From NCBI GenBank assembly GCA_964510885.1, contig CAZEDL010000001.1, positions 64,684 through 128,683 of the forward strand: a stretch of 64,000 bases of DNA, read 5' to 3'. A model generated the notes under the pieces. That model worked only from the letters and a program-made list of their open reading frames with translations. It was not told the DNA's origin and searched no databases. The first letter of the stretch is position 1, and every line of letters begins with the position of its first letter. Below are positions 35,483-46,060 of this stretch, piece after piece. The DNA is from an uncultured Gammaproteobacteria bacterium (GTDB lineage: Bacteria > Patescibacteriota > Patescibacteriia > Magasanikbacterales > GWA2-37-8). The translations under genes and the position numbers were made by a program.

Positions 35483-36334
35483 ATGAGCTCTGATCAGGCG
35501 TCAAAAAACATAACAAAAACCTTTAAACCAATCTTTCCGAATGACCAAATTTTGCGTGGAGGCAGTCACACTTATGACGAGGGAACGAGATCAAGCGACT
35601 TAGACTTTTACATAATAATAAGCCATCCTTGGAATGTCTACCGCAACCGCGCCCACTATTCGTCTGAAATAGCAAAACTTAAAACCGAACTGCAGACTAT
35701 CAATCTTTCCATCCTAATCGTCCCCAAATACTTCTTCAAAAAAGGCTACTACTACGTCTACGGCCAAGATGAAACCGGAGCCATAATCGAATCAAAAATC
35801 AACAAAAAAATCATCTACCGCCACAGCCTAAAATTCGCCCTCTTTTACCACCTTGAATTCCTGCGCGCAGCAGATGATAAGGAAAAAGCCAGATTGCTAA
35901 TAAAAACAGCCAAGCAATTATCCGCTGCCGTGCTCATGCGCCAAAGCGCCAAACCTAAATCTCCCATTTTTTCCAAGGAGAACCTAAAAACCGGCCTCGA
36001 AAAAATAACCAACCTAGCCTATAAACTCCTGACCGAAATCCTGTCAGCCAATCCCGAACACATTTCTCACGCCGAATTAGAATCCTGGGGTAGGGAAGTG
36101 GCCGCATTTTTGATTGCCGAAGCCGACCGCAAGCATCGCTATCTTAAATTTTCAAATGCGAATTATCTCATCTACAACATCCGTTTTATAACCAAAAAAG
36201 ACTTCTCATTTCTATTTCATAACCCGGATAAATATATCATTAAAAAATTAAAAGAAGTGGTATTAAAACGAGACACCTCAGACGCCACCCATGCTTATTT
36301 TAAAAAAGTCATTTTTCCAGCGTTGATCTTTTAG
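35483..36334 (+). CDS. Pol-beta-type nucleotidyltransferase-domain protein
   Basis: ILRGGSHTYDEGTRSSDLDFYII matches the GS...DxD motif; helical C-terminal half. Confidence 0.6.
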   Translation: MSSDQASKNITKTFKPIFPNDQILRGGSHTYDEGTRSSDLDFYIIISHPWNVYRNRAHYSSEIAKLKTELQTINLSILIVPKYFFKKGYYYVYGQDETGAIIESKINKKIIYRHSLKFALFYHLEFLRAADDKEKARLLIKTAKQLSAAVLMRQSAKPKSPIFSKENLKTGLEKITNLAYKLLTEILSANPEHISHAELESWGREVAAFLIAEADRKHRYLKFSNANYLIYNIRFITKKDFSFLFHNPDKYIIKKLKEVVLKRDTSDATHAYFKKVIFPALIF

Positions 36335-36358
36335 AGATTAAATATGCCATAAATACTC

Positions 36359-36445
36359 GTCATCTTGAGCGCAGCAAAGAATCCCACAACGCCAAATACA
36401 AGCCGCCGTAAACCACAAGGGATTCTTCGTTTCACTCAGAATGAC
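36359..36445. repeat. REP-like palindromic element
   Basis: GTCATCTTGAGCGCAGCAAAGAATCC ... GGATTCTTCGTTTCACTCAGAATGAC. Confidence 0.7.
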
Positions 36446-36537
36446 AGCGGTGCCAAATTGACGCACTCACTTATTTCCACTATCATAAAGCCACCAATTT
36501 TACTCTCAACCAAGAATCCAGTTTATTCTAAAGTACT

Positions 36538-37131
36538 ATGCTCAACGAAGTAGTTTTTGATATTGAAACCCAAAACACCTTTGCTGACGTCGATAATGAT
36601 TTTAAAAAACTCAAAGTATCTGTTGTTTCCATTTACCGCTACGAAACCAATACCTACGAAAGTTTCGAAGAACACGAACTTGGCAAGTTGTGGCCAATTT
36701 TAGAGCGAGCCGACCGAATAATTGGCTATAACAGCGGCCACTTCGACTTACCAGTGTTAAACAATTACTACCTTGGTGACTTGCAACAATTGCCACACCT
36801 CGACCTGATCGTAAAAATCAAAGAAAGCCTCGGTATCCGCCTCAAACTCGACGATGTGGCCAAAGCCACGTTGGATAATGTCCAAAAAAGCGCCGAAGGC
36901 CTCCAGGCTATCCGCTGGTGGAAAGAAGGCAAGCTTGATGAAATCAAAAAATACTGCGAACAGGATGTCCGGGTTACCAAAGAAGTCTATGAATTCGGCC
37001 GCGATAATCGCCAATTATTTTACAAAACCCTAACCAACGAAGTCTTGCCATTTGCCGTTGACTTCAGCTTCCCCAAAAGCGACGCCAACGCCCCAGCCAA
37101 AAAAGCCATCAATCTTACTCTTCCGTTCTAA
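36538..37131 (+). CDS. RNase H-like (DEDD, YprB-like) exonuclease-domain protein
   Basis: VVFDIET, IIGYNSGHFDLPVL, KLDDVA, YCEQDV. Confidence 0.85.
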   Translation: MLNEVVFDIETQNTFADVDNDFKKLKVSVVSIYRYETNTYESFEEHELGKLWPILERADRIIGYNSGHFDLPVLNNYYLGDLQQLPHLDLIVKIKESLGIRLKLDDVAKATLDNVQKSAEGLQAIRWWKEGKLDEIKKYCEQDVRVTKEVYEFGRDNRQLFYKTLTNEVLPFAVDFSFPKSDANAPAKKAINLTLPF

Positions 37132-37132
37132 T

Positions 37133-38335
37133 ATGCTCGCTAAGCCTGCAAACCCGCGCAAAGTCTATTTGGATCACGCTGCTACTACCCCAACCGACCC
37201 GGCAGTAGTCGCCGCCATGCAGCCCTACTTTGGTGAAATTTTTGGTAATGCTTCATCGCTCTACAGCGCCGGGCAAGCTGCCCACAAGACACTATCAGAG
37301 TGCCGTAAAAAAGTGGCTGAGCTACTTGGCACCGAATCTGACACTATCATTTTCACCGGTGGTGGTAGTGAATCTGATAATCTGGCTATCTATGGCCTGG
37401 CCAGGGCTCATGCTTCCCATGGTAAGCATCTAATTTCCGTAGCCATCGAGCACCATGCCGTTCTATATCCGCTGGAAGACTTGGCAGCAGAAGGCTTTGA
37501 AGTCACCTATATCACACTTGATAGTACCGGCAAGGTTAACCCGGCAGATGTTATAAAAGCCATCCGTCCTGATACCGTCCTCGTCACTATTATGTATGCC
37601 AATAATGAAATTGGCACTATCGAGCCAATTGCCGAAATTGGCAAAGAACTCCTCAAATATCGCCGCGAACACAAAACTGCGTATCCATATTTCCATACCG
37701 ATGCCTGCCAGGCAACTGGATACCTTGATCTGAATGTCGAGCGCCTCCACGTCGACCTCATGACCATCAATGGCAGCAAAATGTATGGGCCAAAAGGGGT
37801 CGGAGCGTTATACATTCGCCGCGGTACCATAATTAAACCGATTATGCGCGGCGGCAGCCAAGAGTCTAAGTTGCGCCCTGGCACCGAAAACACGTCTGGC
37901 ATTGTTGGCCTGACCAAAGCCCTAGAATTAGCTCAGGCTGAAAAAGAAGTTGAAACTAATCGTGTACGTTCACTCAGTCACTATTTCTGGAATGAATTGC
38001 AAAAAAGGGTACCGAATATCTCACTGCACGGCCCAGAGATAGGCGAAAATCGCTTGCCCAACAACCTTAACATCGCTTTTCACGGCCTATCAGCCGAAGC
38101 TTTGCTCTTATACCTCGATAGTATCGGTATCATGTGCTCGGCCGGATCTGCCTGCACAGCCCGTTCAACCAGCGTTTCTCATGTGCTTAAAGCAATCGGG
38201 GTAGGGGACACCGAATGCGAAGCCGCCCTCCGCTTCTCACTCGGTCACCTGACCCAAAAAGAAGACATCGATTACGTGCTCGAACACCTTCCACCCATGG
38301 TAGAGATGCTGCGTCAAGCAGAGAGGCATAAATAA
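37133..38335 (+). CDS. iscS: Cysteine desulfurase (IscS/NifS group I)
   Basis: YLDHAATTP, FTGGGSESDN, YANNEIGT, HTDACQ, SKMYGPKGVG, SAGSACT. Confidence 0.92.
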   Translation: MLAKPANPRKVYLDHAATTPTDPAVVAAMQPYFGEIFGNASSLYSAGQAAHKTLSECRKKVAELLGTESDTIIFTGGGSESDNLAIYGLARAHASHGKHLISVAIEHHAVLYPLEDLAAEGFEVTYITLDSTGKVNPADVIKAIRPDTVLVTIMYANNEIGTIEPIAEIGKELLKYRREHKTAYPYFHTDACQATGYLDLNVERLHVDLMTINGSKMYGPKGVGALYIRRGTIIKPIMRGGSQESKLRPGTENTSGIVGLTKALELAQAEKEVETNRVRSLSHYFWNELQKRVPNISLHGPEIGENRLPNNLNIAFHGLSAEALLLYLDSIGIMCSAGSACTARSTSVSHVLKAIGVGDTECEAALRFSLGHLTQKEDIDYVLEHLPPMVEMLRQAERHK

Positions 38336-38338
38336 GAC

Positions 38339-38368
38339 AAAAACACCCAGCCTGGAGCTGGGTGTTTT
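38339..38368 (+). terminator. Intrinsic terminator
   Basis: AAAACACCCAGC / GCTGGGTGTTTT inverted repeat. Confidence 0.7.
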
Positions 38369-38418
38369 AAATAGTACAGCGTTTACTTTTTTGGCTTAAT
38401 TTGCTAGGATTAGAGCAT

Positions 38419-39084
38419 ATGACTCCTGGCACTCTATTTATTGTAGCAACCCCCATTGGCAATCTCGGTGACATCTCGGCACGCGCTATTACCACGCTAA
38501 AAGAGGCTGATCTCATTCTCTGTGAAGACACCCGGGTAACTAAAAAACTCCTAGAACATTTCGGCATTCTAAACGCTACCGAAAGTTACCATCACCATAG
38601 TGACGTCAAAAAAACCAATCACATTATCGAGCAACTCCTCAACGGTAAAAACCTGGCACTAGTAAGTGACGCCGGAACGCCAGGAATAAGCGACCCAGGC
38701 AACTTGTTAGTAAAAGAAGCGACTGCCAAAAATATTTCAGTGATACCAATCCCCGGAGCCTGCGCTGCTATTGCCGCCCTTAGTATCTCCGGATTTCCAA
38801 CCGATAAATTCTTATTTCTCGGTTTTCCGCCGCACAAAAATAAGCGCCAAAAATTTTTTAAAGAAGCTGCCGCTTCACCAGTCACCGTAGTATTTTACGA
38901 ATCAGGTCATCGCATTAAAAAATGCCTTCAAGAACTTTCGGAAATTTTGTCACCTAATCATAATCTACTAGTGGGGAGGGAGTTAACCAAGAAATTTGAA
39001 ACTGTTTACCGCGGCACTATTGAAACTATTAAAAGTGAAGTTATGGACGAACGGGGGGAATTTGTAATCATAGTCAGCAGATAA
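38419..39084 (+). CDS. rsmI: 16S rRNA (cytidine1402-2'-O)-methyltransferase
   Basis: VATPIGNLGDIS, CEDTRVT, VSDAGTPGISDPG, RELTKKFE, GEFV. Confidence 0.95.
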   Translation: MTPGTLFIVATPIGNLGDISARAITTLKEADLILCEDTRVTKKLLEHFGILNATESYHHHSDVKKTNHIIEQLLNGKNLALVSDAGTPGISDPGNLLVKEATAKNISVIPIPGACAAIAALSISGFPTDKFLFLGFPPHKNKRQKFFKEAAASPVTVVFYESGHRIKKCLQELSEILSPNHNLLVGRELTKKFETVYRGTIETIKSEVMDERGEFVIIVSR

Positions 39085-39098
39085 AAGGTAATGGCCGT

Positions 39099-39806
39099 AT
39101 GAGAAAGTATCTTGATTTTATTTGGGGTGGTCGAGAGCAAGCAGAAGCCCGTCATAAAGCGCCACATGATGTCCTTGAGTACCATACCGAAACATATGAC
39201 CTGGCAATAACAACTGAATTTTTAAATTTTGTCCTGGAACATTTTGATGATATCCAAGATGCGCAAACGTTAGCACTCAAACTCAAAGATCTGATAAATG
39301 ACCCGCGCCATGTTAGCGCTATTGGTGAGCGCTCACAGGGAGGTATTACTATTAGCCCAATTAAAACCGCCGGCTACTCTAAGGCATTTAATGTAGAATT
39401 AGCTGGTCAAAACTTTTTTCTAAAATTTGCAGAGCGCGAATCAAGAAGTCCTATAGTTGCCGGTGGCGCCAAAGAATTCGCTGACACCATGGGCGCTGCA
39501 GAAGACCCAGTCGTTGAAGCTATTTTAGCTAAATATAAAGCGCAAATTAACAAACCGCTCCTTGGATACAGCGACGCCTCCATCAATTACTTCGTTACCC
39601 GCTCAGTAAACTTAAAACCTCTTGACGCCTTAGGTGCATCCTTCCCAACACTTAAAGCCACAAATGAATTCTCTCGGCGGTGGTTAGCGTTAAGTCAAGA
39701 GTTAGAAAAACAAGGTTATGATGACATAAAACCATGGAATATGTTTTACGATAACACCACCGATACTATTGTCTTATTTGATATTTCAAAAAAAACCAAG
39801 CGCTGA
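39099..39806 (+). CDS. Hypothetical protein with a degenerate kinase-like C-terminal domain
   Basis: FFLK, DDIKPWNMFYD and IVLFDI resemble the VAIK, HxDxxxxN and DFG elements. Confidence 0.5.
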   Translation: MRKYLDFIWGGREQAEARHKAPHDVLEYHTETYDLAITTEFLNFVLEHFDDIQDAQTLALKLKDLINDPRHVSAIGERSQGGITISPIKTAGYSKAFNVELAGQNFFLKFAERESRSPIVAGGAKEFADTMGAAEDPVVEAILAKYKAQINKPLLGYSDASINYFVTRSVNLKPLDALGASFPTLKATNEFSRRWLALSQELEKQGYDDIKPWNMFYDNTTDTIVLFDISKKTKR

Positions 39807-39810
39807 ATGT

Positions 39811-41349
39811 ATGAATAAACCAAACATCTATTTTCTCACCACTGCCATTCCCTACGCCAACGCCGAACCGCATATCGGCTTCGCCTTAGAAATTCTCTAT
39901 GCCGATGTCATGGCCCGCTATCAGCGCCTGCTTGGCAAAGAGGTGTATTTCCTAACTGGCACCGACGAACACGGGCAAAAAGTCATGAAAACTGCCCGCG
40001 AATACGGCCTCACTGCAGCAGATTACGCCAGTAAAATGTCTGCCTTATTTCAAAATCTGGCGGATCAATGGAACATTAGCAATAATGATTTTATTCGCAC
40101 CACCGAGGAGCGCCATATCGAACGCGCCCAGGCTTTTTGGAAAGCCGTTGAAACCACCGGTGATATTTACAAAAAAGCTTACACCGGCCTCTATTGCGTG
40201 GGCTGTGAAGCCTTCAAAACTGAAAAAGATTTAGTAGATGGCAAATGTCCAGATCACCAGCGTGTTCCAGAATTACTAACCGAGGAAAATTATTTTTTCC
40301 GACTATCTCGCTACCAAGAGCCTTTAGAATTTTTATTCGAACAAAATAAAAATTTTGTCTATCCCGAAAGCAAATACCACGAAATGCTGAACATGCTGAA
40401 AAGCGGGCTCGAAGATGTTAGTATCTCGCGTGTAGCTGAAAAACTCCCGTGGGGAGTACCCGTGCCAGGGGATTCATCACAGGTCATGTATGTCTGGTTC
40501 GATGCGCTAACGAATTATATTACTGCTCTTGGCTACGGCTCAAAAGACGACAACCTGTTCAAAAAATTCTGGCCTGGCATCAACATGGTCGGCAAAGAAA
40601 TTAACCGCTTTCACTCACTGCTCTGGCCAGCGATGCTACTCAGTGCCGGTGTAGATATTCCGAAGCAGATAGCTGTCCACGGCTGGATCACCGTCGATGG
40701 CCAAAAAATGAGCAAATCAGTCGGCAATGTTATTAACCCGCTCGAACTAATTGAAATGTATCCGCTCGAAGCCGTGAGGTACTTCTTGATGCGTGAAATC
40801 CCCTTTGATAATGACGGTGATTTTTCACATACCAAATTCAAAGACCGCTACACCGGTGATTTGGCCAATGGTATCGGCAACCTAACTAACCGCGTACTGA
40901 CCATGATCGAAAAATATGCCGATAATAAAGTGCCGCCGGTGACCGAAGTCAACCAATCGCTTATTTCGTACCTAGCGGAAACCGTTTGGCCTGCCTACAC
41001 CGTCGCCATGGAACGCTGGCGCTTTGACCTGGCACTCGATGCCTGTGCCAAATTTATTACCCACTGCGACCAGCTTATTTCCGACACTGAACCGTGGAAA
41101 TTAGCCAAAGCAGGGGAGATGGGTAAAGTCCATAATCTGCTCTATCACCTGGCCGAAGCCTTGCGCCATATTGCCATTATGCTATGGCCGGTGATGCCAG
41201 AAACTGCCGAAAAAATACTCGTTCAACTCGGTCTTGACCCGGCCACAGAGAACAAGAAACCATTAGCCGATTTGCAACAATGGGTAGAATTAATTGTGGG
41301 AAATAAAATTGATAAGCAAGCCATGCTTTTCCCGCGTCTTGAAAAATAA
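39811..41349 (+). CDS. metG: Methionine--tRNA ligase
   Basis: PHIG, GTDEHGQK, FIRTT, YVWFDAL, KMSKS. Confidence 0.95.
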   Translation: MNKPNIYFLTTAIPYANAEPHIGFALEILYADVMARYQRLLGKEVYFLTGTDEHGQKVMKTAREYGLTAADYASKMSALFQNLADQWNISNNDFIRTTEERHIERAQAFWKAVETTGDIYKKAYTGLYCVGCEAFKTEKDLVDGKCPDHQRVPELLTEENYFFRLSRYQEPLEFLFEQNKNFVYPESKYHEMLNMLKSGLEDVSISRVAEKLPWGVPVPGDSSQVMYVWFDALTNYITALGYGSKDDNLFKKFWPGINMVGKEINRFHSLLWPAMLLSAGVDIPKQIAVHGWITVDGQKMSKSVGNVINPLELIEMYPLEAVRYFLMREIPFDNDGDFSHTKFKDRYTGDLANGIGNLTNRVLTMIEKYADNKVPPVTEVNQSLISYLAETVWPAYTVAMERWRFDLALDACAKFITHCDQLISDTEPWKLAKAGEMGKVHNLLYHLAEALRHIAIMLWPVMPETAEKILVQLGLDPATENKKPLADLQQWVELIVGNKIDKQAMLFPRLEK

Positions 41350-41421
41350 ACCAATCTCTCATTCCCGCAGTGTCGGGAATGTAATAATCCAACGCTTTAC
41401 TTAATTTTTAAAAAGGAGCAT

Positions 41422-42087
41422 ATGGTCACAGCGGATCTAATCATACTAGCCGTTATCATACTATTTGGGTACCTCGGTTTTAAAACCGGACTGATTCACG
41501 CCCTCGGATCACTGGTCGGTACGATTCTTGGCATTTATTTAGCCGGCCATTATTACGAACAGCTTACTAAATTGCTGGTGGATTTCACTGACTGGAACCC
41601 TAATTTCGTGCGTGTCCTCGTGTTTGTTCTAATATTTTTTATCAGCAATCGCCTGATTGGAATCACTTTTTGGGGCATCGGGAAAATTTTTACCATCGTG
41701 TCGGCTGTGCCGTTTCTCGGGGCAGTTGATAAGCTGCTCGGTGGTATTCTGGGGTTGCTAGAGGGGATTATACTAGTTGGGATTGCCATTTTCTTTATTA
41801 CTAAATTTCCGCCGTCGCCGCGCATCATGGATAATTTAGATAAATCAAAGACCGCTCCGCCGGTGGTGCAATTTACCAAGTTCTTATGGCCGCTTTTGCC
41901 GAAAGAATTGGTAAATCTAGTCAATGAATTTTCCGGTTTTTCACTGCCGCAGAGTTTTGATATGCCGAAATTCCCGCCCGGAATTTCTTTCCCAAAAAAT
42001 ATCAATGATTTAAAAAATTTCAAATTTCCAGCTAATTTCTCTTATCCTGGTGCGAACTCAACTTCCACCGCCACCAGCACCCAATAA
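41422..42087 (+). CDS. CvpA family membrane protein
   Basis: D.II...GFKTGLI, DKLLGGILGLLEG; Pro-rich tail. Confidence 0.8.
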   Translation: MVTADLIILAVIILFGYLGFKTGLIHALGSLVGTILGIYLAGHYYEQLTKLLVDFTDWNPNFVRVLVFVLIFFISNRLIGITFWGIGKIFTIVSAVPFLGAVDKLLGGILGLLEGIILVGIAIFFITKFPPSPRIMDNLDKSKTAPPVVQFTKFLWPLLPKELVNLVNEFSGFSLPQSFDMPKFPPGISFPKNINDLKNFKFPANFSYPGANSTSTATSTQ

Positions 42088-42092
42088 ATTCT

Positions 42093-42950
42093 ATGCTTAT
42101 CGACACCCACTGTCACGTTCATTTTAAAGCGTTTGAACAAGATGGCGCCGCCGTGATTGCCGCTACCCGGGCCAAGGGTGTCATTATGAATCTAGTGGGA
42201 ACCCAGCGTGATACCAGTAAAAATGGAGTTGATTTTGCCAGTCGATACGAGGGTTGCTATGCCAGTGTTGGGCTTCATCCCGTACACTTATTTTCCCAGC
42301 ACATCGATGAAGAAGAATCATCTTTTAATACTCGCGAAGAATCGTTTGATTACGATTTCTACAAACAGCTAGCACTGCATCCTAAAACAATTGCGATTGG
42401 GGAGTGCGGGCTTGACCTCTACCGATTACCACCCGATCTTTCGTCAGCAGCCGTACTTCAAAAGCAACAAGCTGTCTTTCGAGATCATTTCCGGTTGGCT
42501 GTTGAAACTAATTTACCGCTTGCCATTCACGTGCGCGACGCCTACCCCGAGATGATTGCGCTCCTGAAAGAGTTGATGGAGGAATATAACCAAACTTCTC
42601 TTCGCTCTGTTATTCACTGCTATATCGGCAATTGGGAGTACGCGCAAGAATTTTTAAAACTCGGCTCATACCTTGGTTTTACCGGCATTATTACTTTTCC
42701 ACCCAAAAAAAGTGACCCTGCCGCTCAAGCGGCACTGCTTGAAGTCGTAAAAAACTGTCCACTTGACCGAATGGTATTAGAAACCGATTCACCCTATCTA
42801 GCGCCCATTCCATTTCGTGGCAAACGAGCTGAACCGTGGATGGTACTGGAAGTCGCTAAAAAAATTGCCGCTATTAAAAATCTGACCACCGCAGAAGTAA
42901 CGGAGGCAACCACTGCTAACGCACGCCGACTCTTTTCTAAAATTTCCTAA
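42093..42950 (+). CDS. tatD: TatD family nuclease
   Basis: IDTHCH, VGLHP, AIGECGLD, IHVRDA, ETDSPYLAP. Confidence 0.93.
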   Translation: MLIDTHCHVHFKAFEQDGAAVIAATRAKGVIMNLVGTQRDTSKNGVDFASRYEGCYASVGLHPVHLFSQHIDEEESSFNTREESFDYDFYKQLALHPKTIAIGECGLDLYRLPPDLSSAAVLQKQQAVFRDHFRLAVETNLPLAIHVRDAYPEMIALLKELMEEYNQTSLRSVIHCYIGNWEYAQEFLKLGSYLGFTGIITFPPKKSDPAAQAALLEVVKNCPLDRMVLETDSPYLAPIPFRGKRAEPWMVLEVAKKIAAIKNLTTAEVTEATTANARRLFSKIS

Positions 42951-42970
42951 TTCTGATAATCAGCCAACCT

Positions 42971-45664
42971 ATGTCCGATCAGTTTAAAACATCTTCCGCC
43001 ACCTGGCACAGTCTTGCCGCAGCCGATGTTTTAAAACAGCTTGCATCGCATAGTGACGTCGGCCTTGATTCGACCGAGGCTGGTAAACGCCTCGCCACCT
43101 ATGGCTTTAATGAATTACAGGGTGGCAAAAAAATTTTAGCGCTTGGCCTTCTAATCGAACAATTTAAAAATGTACTCATTTTAATTTTACTCGGAGCCAG
43201 CCTGGTTTCAGGATTTCTGGGGCATGGTCTCGAAGCTGTGGCTATCGCCGTAATTGTACTATTTGCGGTACTGCTCGGTTTTATTCAGGAATATCGGGCC
43301 GAAAAAGCTATCGATTCTTTGAAAAAAATGGCGGCTCCAACTGCCCTTGTCCTACGAAATGGAGAGGAGCAAGAAGTTCCGGCCAAAGAATTAGTCTCTG
43401 GGGATATCATCATTATTGCCACCGGCGACAAAATTCCAGCTGATGCCCGACTTATCCAAGCCGTGAATTTAAAAATTGAAGAAGCTGCACTTACCGGTGA
43501 ATCAATCGCCGTCGAAAAAAATACTGCCGCAATCAGTGATCTCAATGCCCCGCTTGGTGATCGTAAAAATCTGGTATTTTCTGGAACGTCTGCCACCTAT
43601 GGAAGGGGGCTAGCCGTAGTAGTTGCGACCGGTATGGCAACTGAATTTGGTAAAATTGCCCACCTGCTGCAATCGGTGGAGAGTGCTCCCACCCCGCTCC
43701 AGCAAAACTTAGATAAAGTCGGAAAAAATTTAGCCAAAATTGCCTTCGTACTTGTAATAGTAGTGGTCGGTCTTGGTCTCATGCGGGGTCAACCATTCTT
43801 GGAACTATTTATTTTCGGAATTGCGCTCGCTGTCGCGGTGGTTCCAGAGGCATTGCCTGCCGTAGTCACCATTTCTCTCGCCATCGGCGTGCAACGTATG
43901 GTGCAACGCAACGCATTAGTGCGTCGTCTGCCTGCCGTGGAAACACTTGGTGCCACCACTATTATTTGCTCCGACAAAACCGGCACTCTGACCAAAGATG
44001 AAATGACAGTGCGAAAAATTCTATTACCCGATGTGGGAATTATTGAAGTTTCCGGCAGTGGCTATGAACCACGGGGTTCTTTCACCCTGAATAAGGGCAG
44101 TTGGCAACCAACTGATCAGCTGAAAAACCTGCTTCAAGCCGCGGCCCTGTCATCAGATGCACATATCAAACAACATGAAGGTCAGTGGGAAGTAAGTGGC
44201 GACCCAACCGAAGGCGCCCTAGTGGTAGCAGCTGCCAAAACTGGACTTGATAAATCAGTCCTTGATACCGAATATGTCCGGGTAGCCGAGATACCTTTTA
44301 GCTCCGAAACAAAGCGAATGACTACGCTTCATCGCTATGGAAACAATTATCATATTTACAGCAAAGGTGCGGTAGAAGTAATTTTAAATTCATGCACCCA
44401 CAGCCTAGAAAATTCCGCTAGAAAGCCACTTGACCAAGCGGCTCGAGAAAAAATTATTAATACCGCCGAATTACTCTCCGGCGAAGCCTTGCGCGTCATA
44501 GCTGTTGCAATAGGTAGCTCTGAAACGGAAAATATTCGTGACACCGAGCTTACCTTTCTCGGATTGTTCGGCATGATTGATCCGCCCCGCCCCGAAGCTA
44601 AAGCTGCTATTGAGACCTGCAAACAAGCCGGTATTAAACTAGCCATGATCACCGGCGATCACCCTACGACTGCCCGCGCTATTGCTACGGAGCTTGGCCT
44701 TATGTCGCCTGGTGGGCGTGTGGTGATTGGGTCGGAGCTCGAAAATATAAATGATCAAGAATTAGAAGCTGATATCGAAACCATTTCTGTCTTTGCTCGC
44801 GTGTCACCGGCTCATAAATTACGCATCGTGAGCGTGCTCCAAAAAAATGGCCATATTGTAGCTATGACTGGTGACGGAGTGAACGATGCTCCTGCTCTCA
44901 AAAAAGCCGACATCGGCATTGCCATGGGCATAGCCGGCACTGACGTTAGTAAAGAAGCGGCCGACATGATGTTAACCAACGATAATTTTGCCTCCATCGT
45001 CGCTGCCGTCGAAGAAGGGCGAATTATTTTTGGAAATATCAAAAAATATTTAATGTACCTGTTATCTTCAAATATTGGTGAAATGGGCTTGATGATCGGC
45101 GCCAGCCTGCTCGGATTGCCACTACCACTCAGTGCCGTACAAATCCTCTACGTAAATTTAGCCACCGATGGCCTGCCTGCGCTGGCTCTAGCCGTTGACC
45201 CACCTGCTAAAGATATTATGAACGAGCCACCACGTACCACCAAAAATGGTATTTTCACTCGCCCGGTTATTTCGCTTATCACCGTTGGTGGACTGGTTTC
45301 AACCACTTTGAACCTCGGGTTATTCATCTGGGCCTACAACTCGGGCCGCACCGCCGCCGAAGCTATGACCATGGTATTTGTCTCTCTCGTCTTAATTCAA
45401 TTCTTTAAAGCCTACAGCTTCCGCTCTGAACGCCATTCTATTGTTAGCGGCTTTTTTAGCAATAAATGGCTTAACCGCGCCGTTGCTTGGGAGCTCTTAT
45501 TGCTTATAGCCATTATCTATGTCCCGTTCCTCCAGAAACCCTTTAACACCTTTGCCTTAACAGTAAGCGATTGGCTAATAGCTATCGGCACAGCCTGTCT
45601 GGTAGTTCCTGCCCTTGAGATTGCCAAATATATCAGCCGGCAACACACTCGCCACAAAATTTAA
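42971..45664 (+). CDS. Cation-transporting P-type ATPase (P2A-like)
   Basis: [42 protein letters not shown]. Confidence 0.93.
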   Translation: MSDQFKTSSATWHSLAAADVLKQLASHSDVGLDSTEAGKRLATYGFNELQGGKKILALGLLIEQFKNVLILILLGASLVSGFLGHGLEAVAIAVIVLFAVLLGFIQEYRAEKAIDSLKKMAAPTALVLRNGEEQEVPAKELVSGDIIIIATGDKIPADARLIQAVNLKIEEAALTGESIAVEKNTAAISDLNAPLGDRKNLVFSGTSATYGRGLAVVVATGMATEFGKIAHLLQSVESAPTPLQQNLDKVGKNLAKIAFVLVIVVVGLGLMRGQPFLELFIFGIALAVAVVPEALPAVVTISLAIGVQRMVQRNALVRRLPAVETLGATTIICSDKTGTLTKDEMTVRKILLPDVGIIEVSGSGYEPRGSFTLNKGSWQPTDQLKNLLQAAALSSDAHIKQHEGQWEVSGDPTEGALVVAAAKTGLDKSVLDTEYVRVAEIPFSSETKRMTTLHRYGNNYHIYSKGAVEVILNSCTHSLENSARKPLDQAAREKIINTAELLSGEALRVIAVAIGSSETENIRDTELTFLGLFGMIDPPRPEAKAAIETCKQAGIKLAMITGDHPTTARAIATELGLMSPGGRVVIGSELENINDQELEADIETISVFARVSPAHKLRIVSVLQKNGHIVAMTGDGVNDAPALKKADIGIAMGIAGTDVSKEAADMMLTNDNFASIVAAVEEGRIIFGNIKKYLMYLLSSNIGEMGLMIGASLLGLPLPLSAVQILYVNLATDGLPALALAVDPPAKDIMNEPPRTTKNGIFTRPVISLITVGGLVSTTLNLGLFIWAYNSGRTAAEAMTMVFVSLVLIQFFKAYSFRSERHSIVSGFFSNKWLNRAVAWELLLLIAIIYVPFLQKPFNTFALTVSDWLIAIGTACLVVPALEIAKYISRQHTRHKI

Positions 45665-45713
45665 AACCCTTATACAGCGAGAAAAAGCATCCACAAACCA
45701 GTTAAAAAATATC

Positions 45714-45742
45714 TTGACGCAGAGGTAATTTTGCTCTACAAT
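45714..45742 (+). promoter_or_regulatory. Sigma70 promoter of the atp operon
   Basis: TTGACG-17 nt-TACAAT. Confidence 0.65.
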
Positions 45743-45751
45743 AGGGGCCTT

Positions 45752-46045
45752 ATGGATGAATTCAACAAGCCACTACCGAAATCAACCATCGTTCCAGATG
45801 AAGAGCGAAGGTATTATATGTTTGCCTTAAAAATTGTCGGTGATTTCGGTGCTGCCATTGCTGTACCCGTAGCAATTCTGTCTTATCTCGGCAAGCGCCT
45901 CGATGCTCGTTTCAATAGCGATCCCTATCTACTCATTACCGGTTTTGTCCTGGCTGCCGTGTTTTCTGGTTTTATTATTTTCAAAAAAACGAAGCAATAC
46001 GGCAAACAGTACGAAGCCATGACCAAACAATCTAAAAAACCATAA
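45752..46045 (+). CDS. AtpZ/AtpI family membrane protein
   Basis: Two TM segments with LGKRLD...P motif; first gene of the atp operon. Confidence 0.8.
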   Translation: MDEFNKPLPKSTIVPDEERRYYMFALKIVGDFGAAIAVPVAILSYLGKRLDARFNSDPYLLITGFVLAAVFSGFIIFKKTKQYGKQYEAMTKQSKKP

Positions 46046-46060
46046 TTCCGACGTACATCT

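Noticed and set aside
41410-41424. AAGGAG before cvpA as a fourth member of the SD-led class
   Set aside because: Spacing is only 3 nt, the gene has backbone composition and a known family, and it lacks the 3' hairpin.
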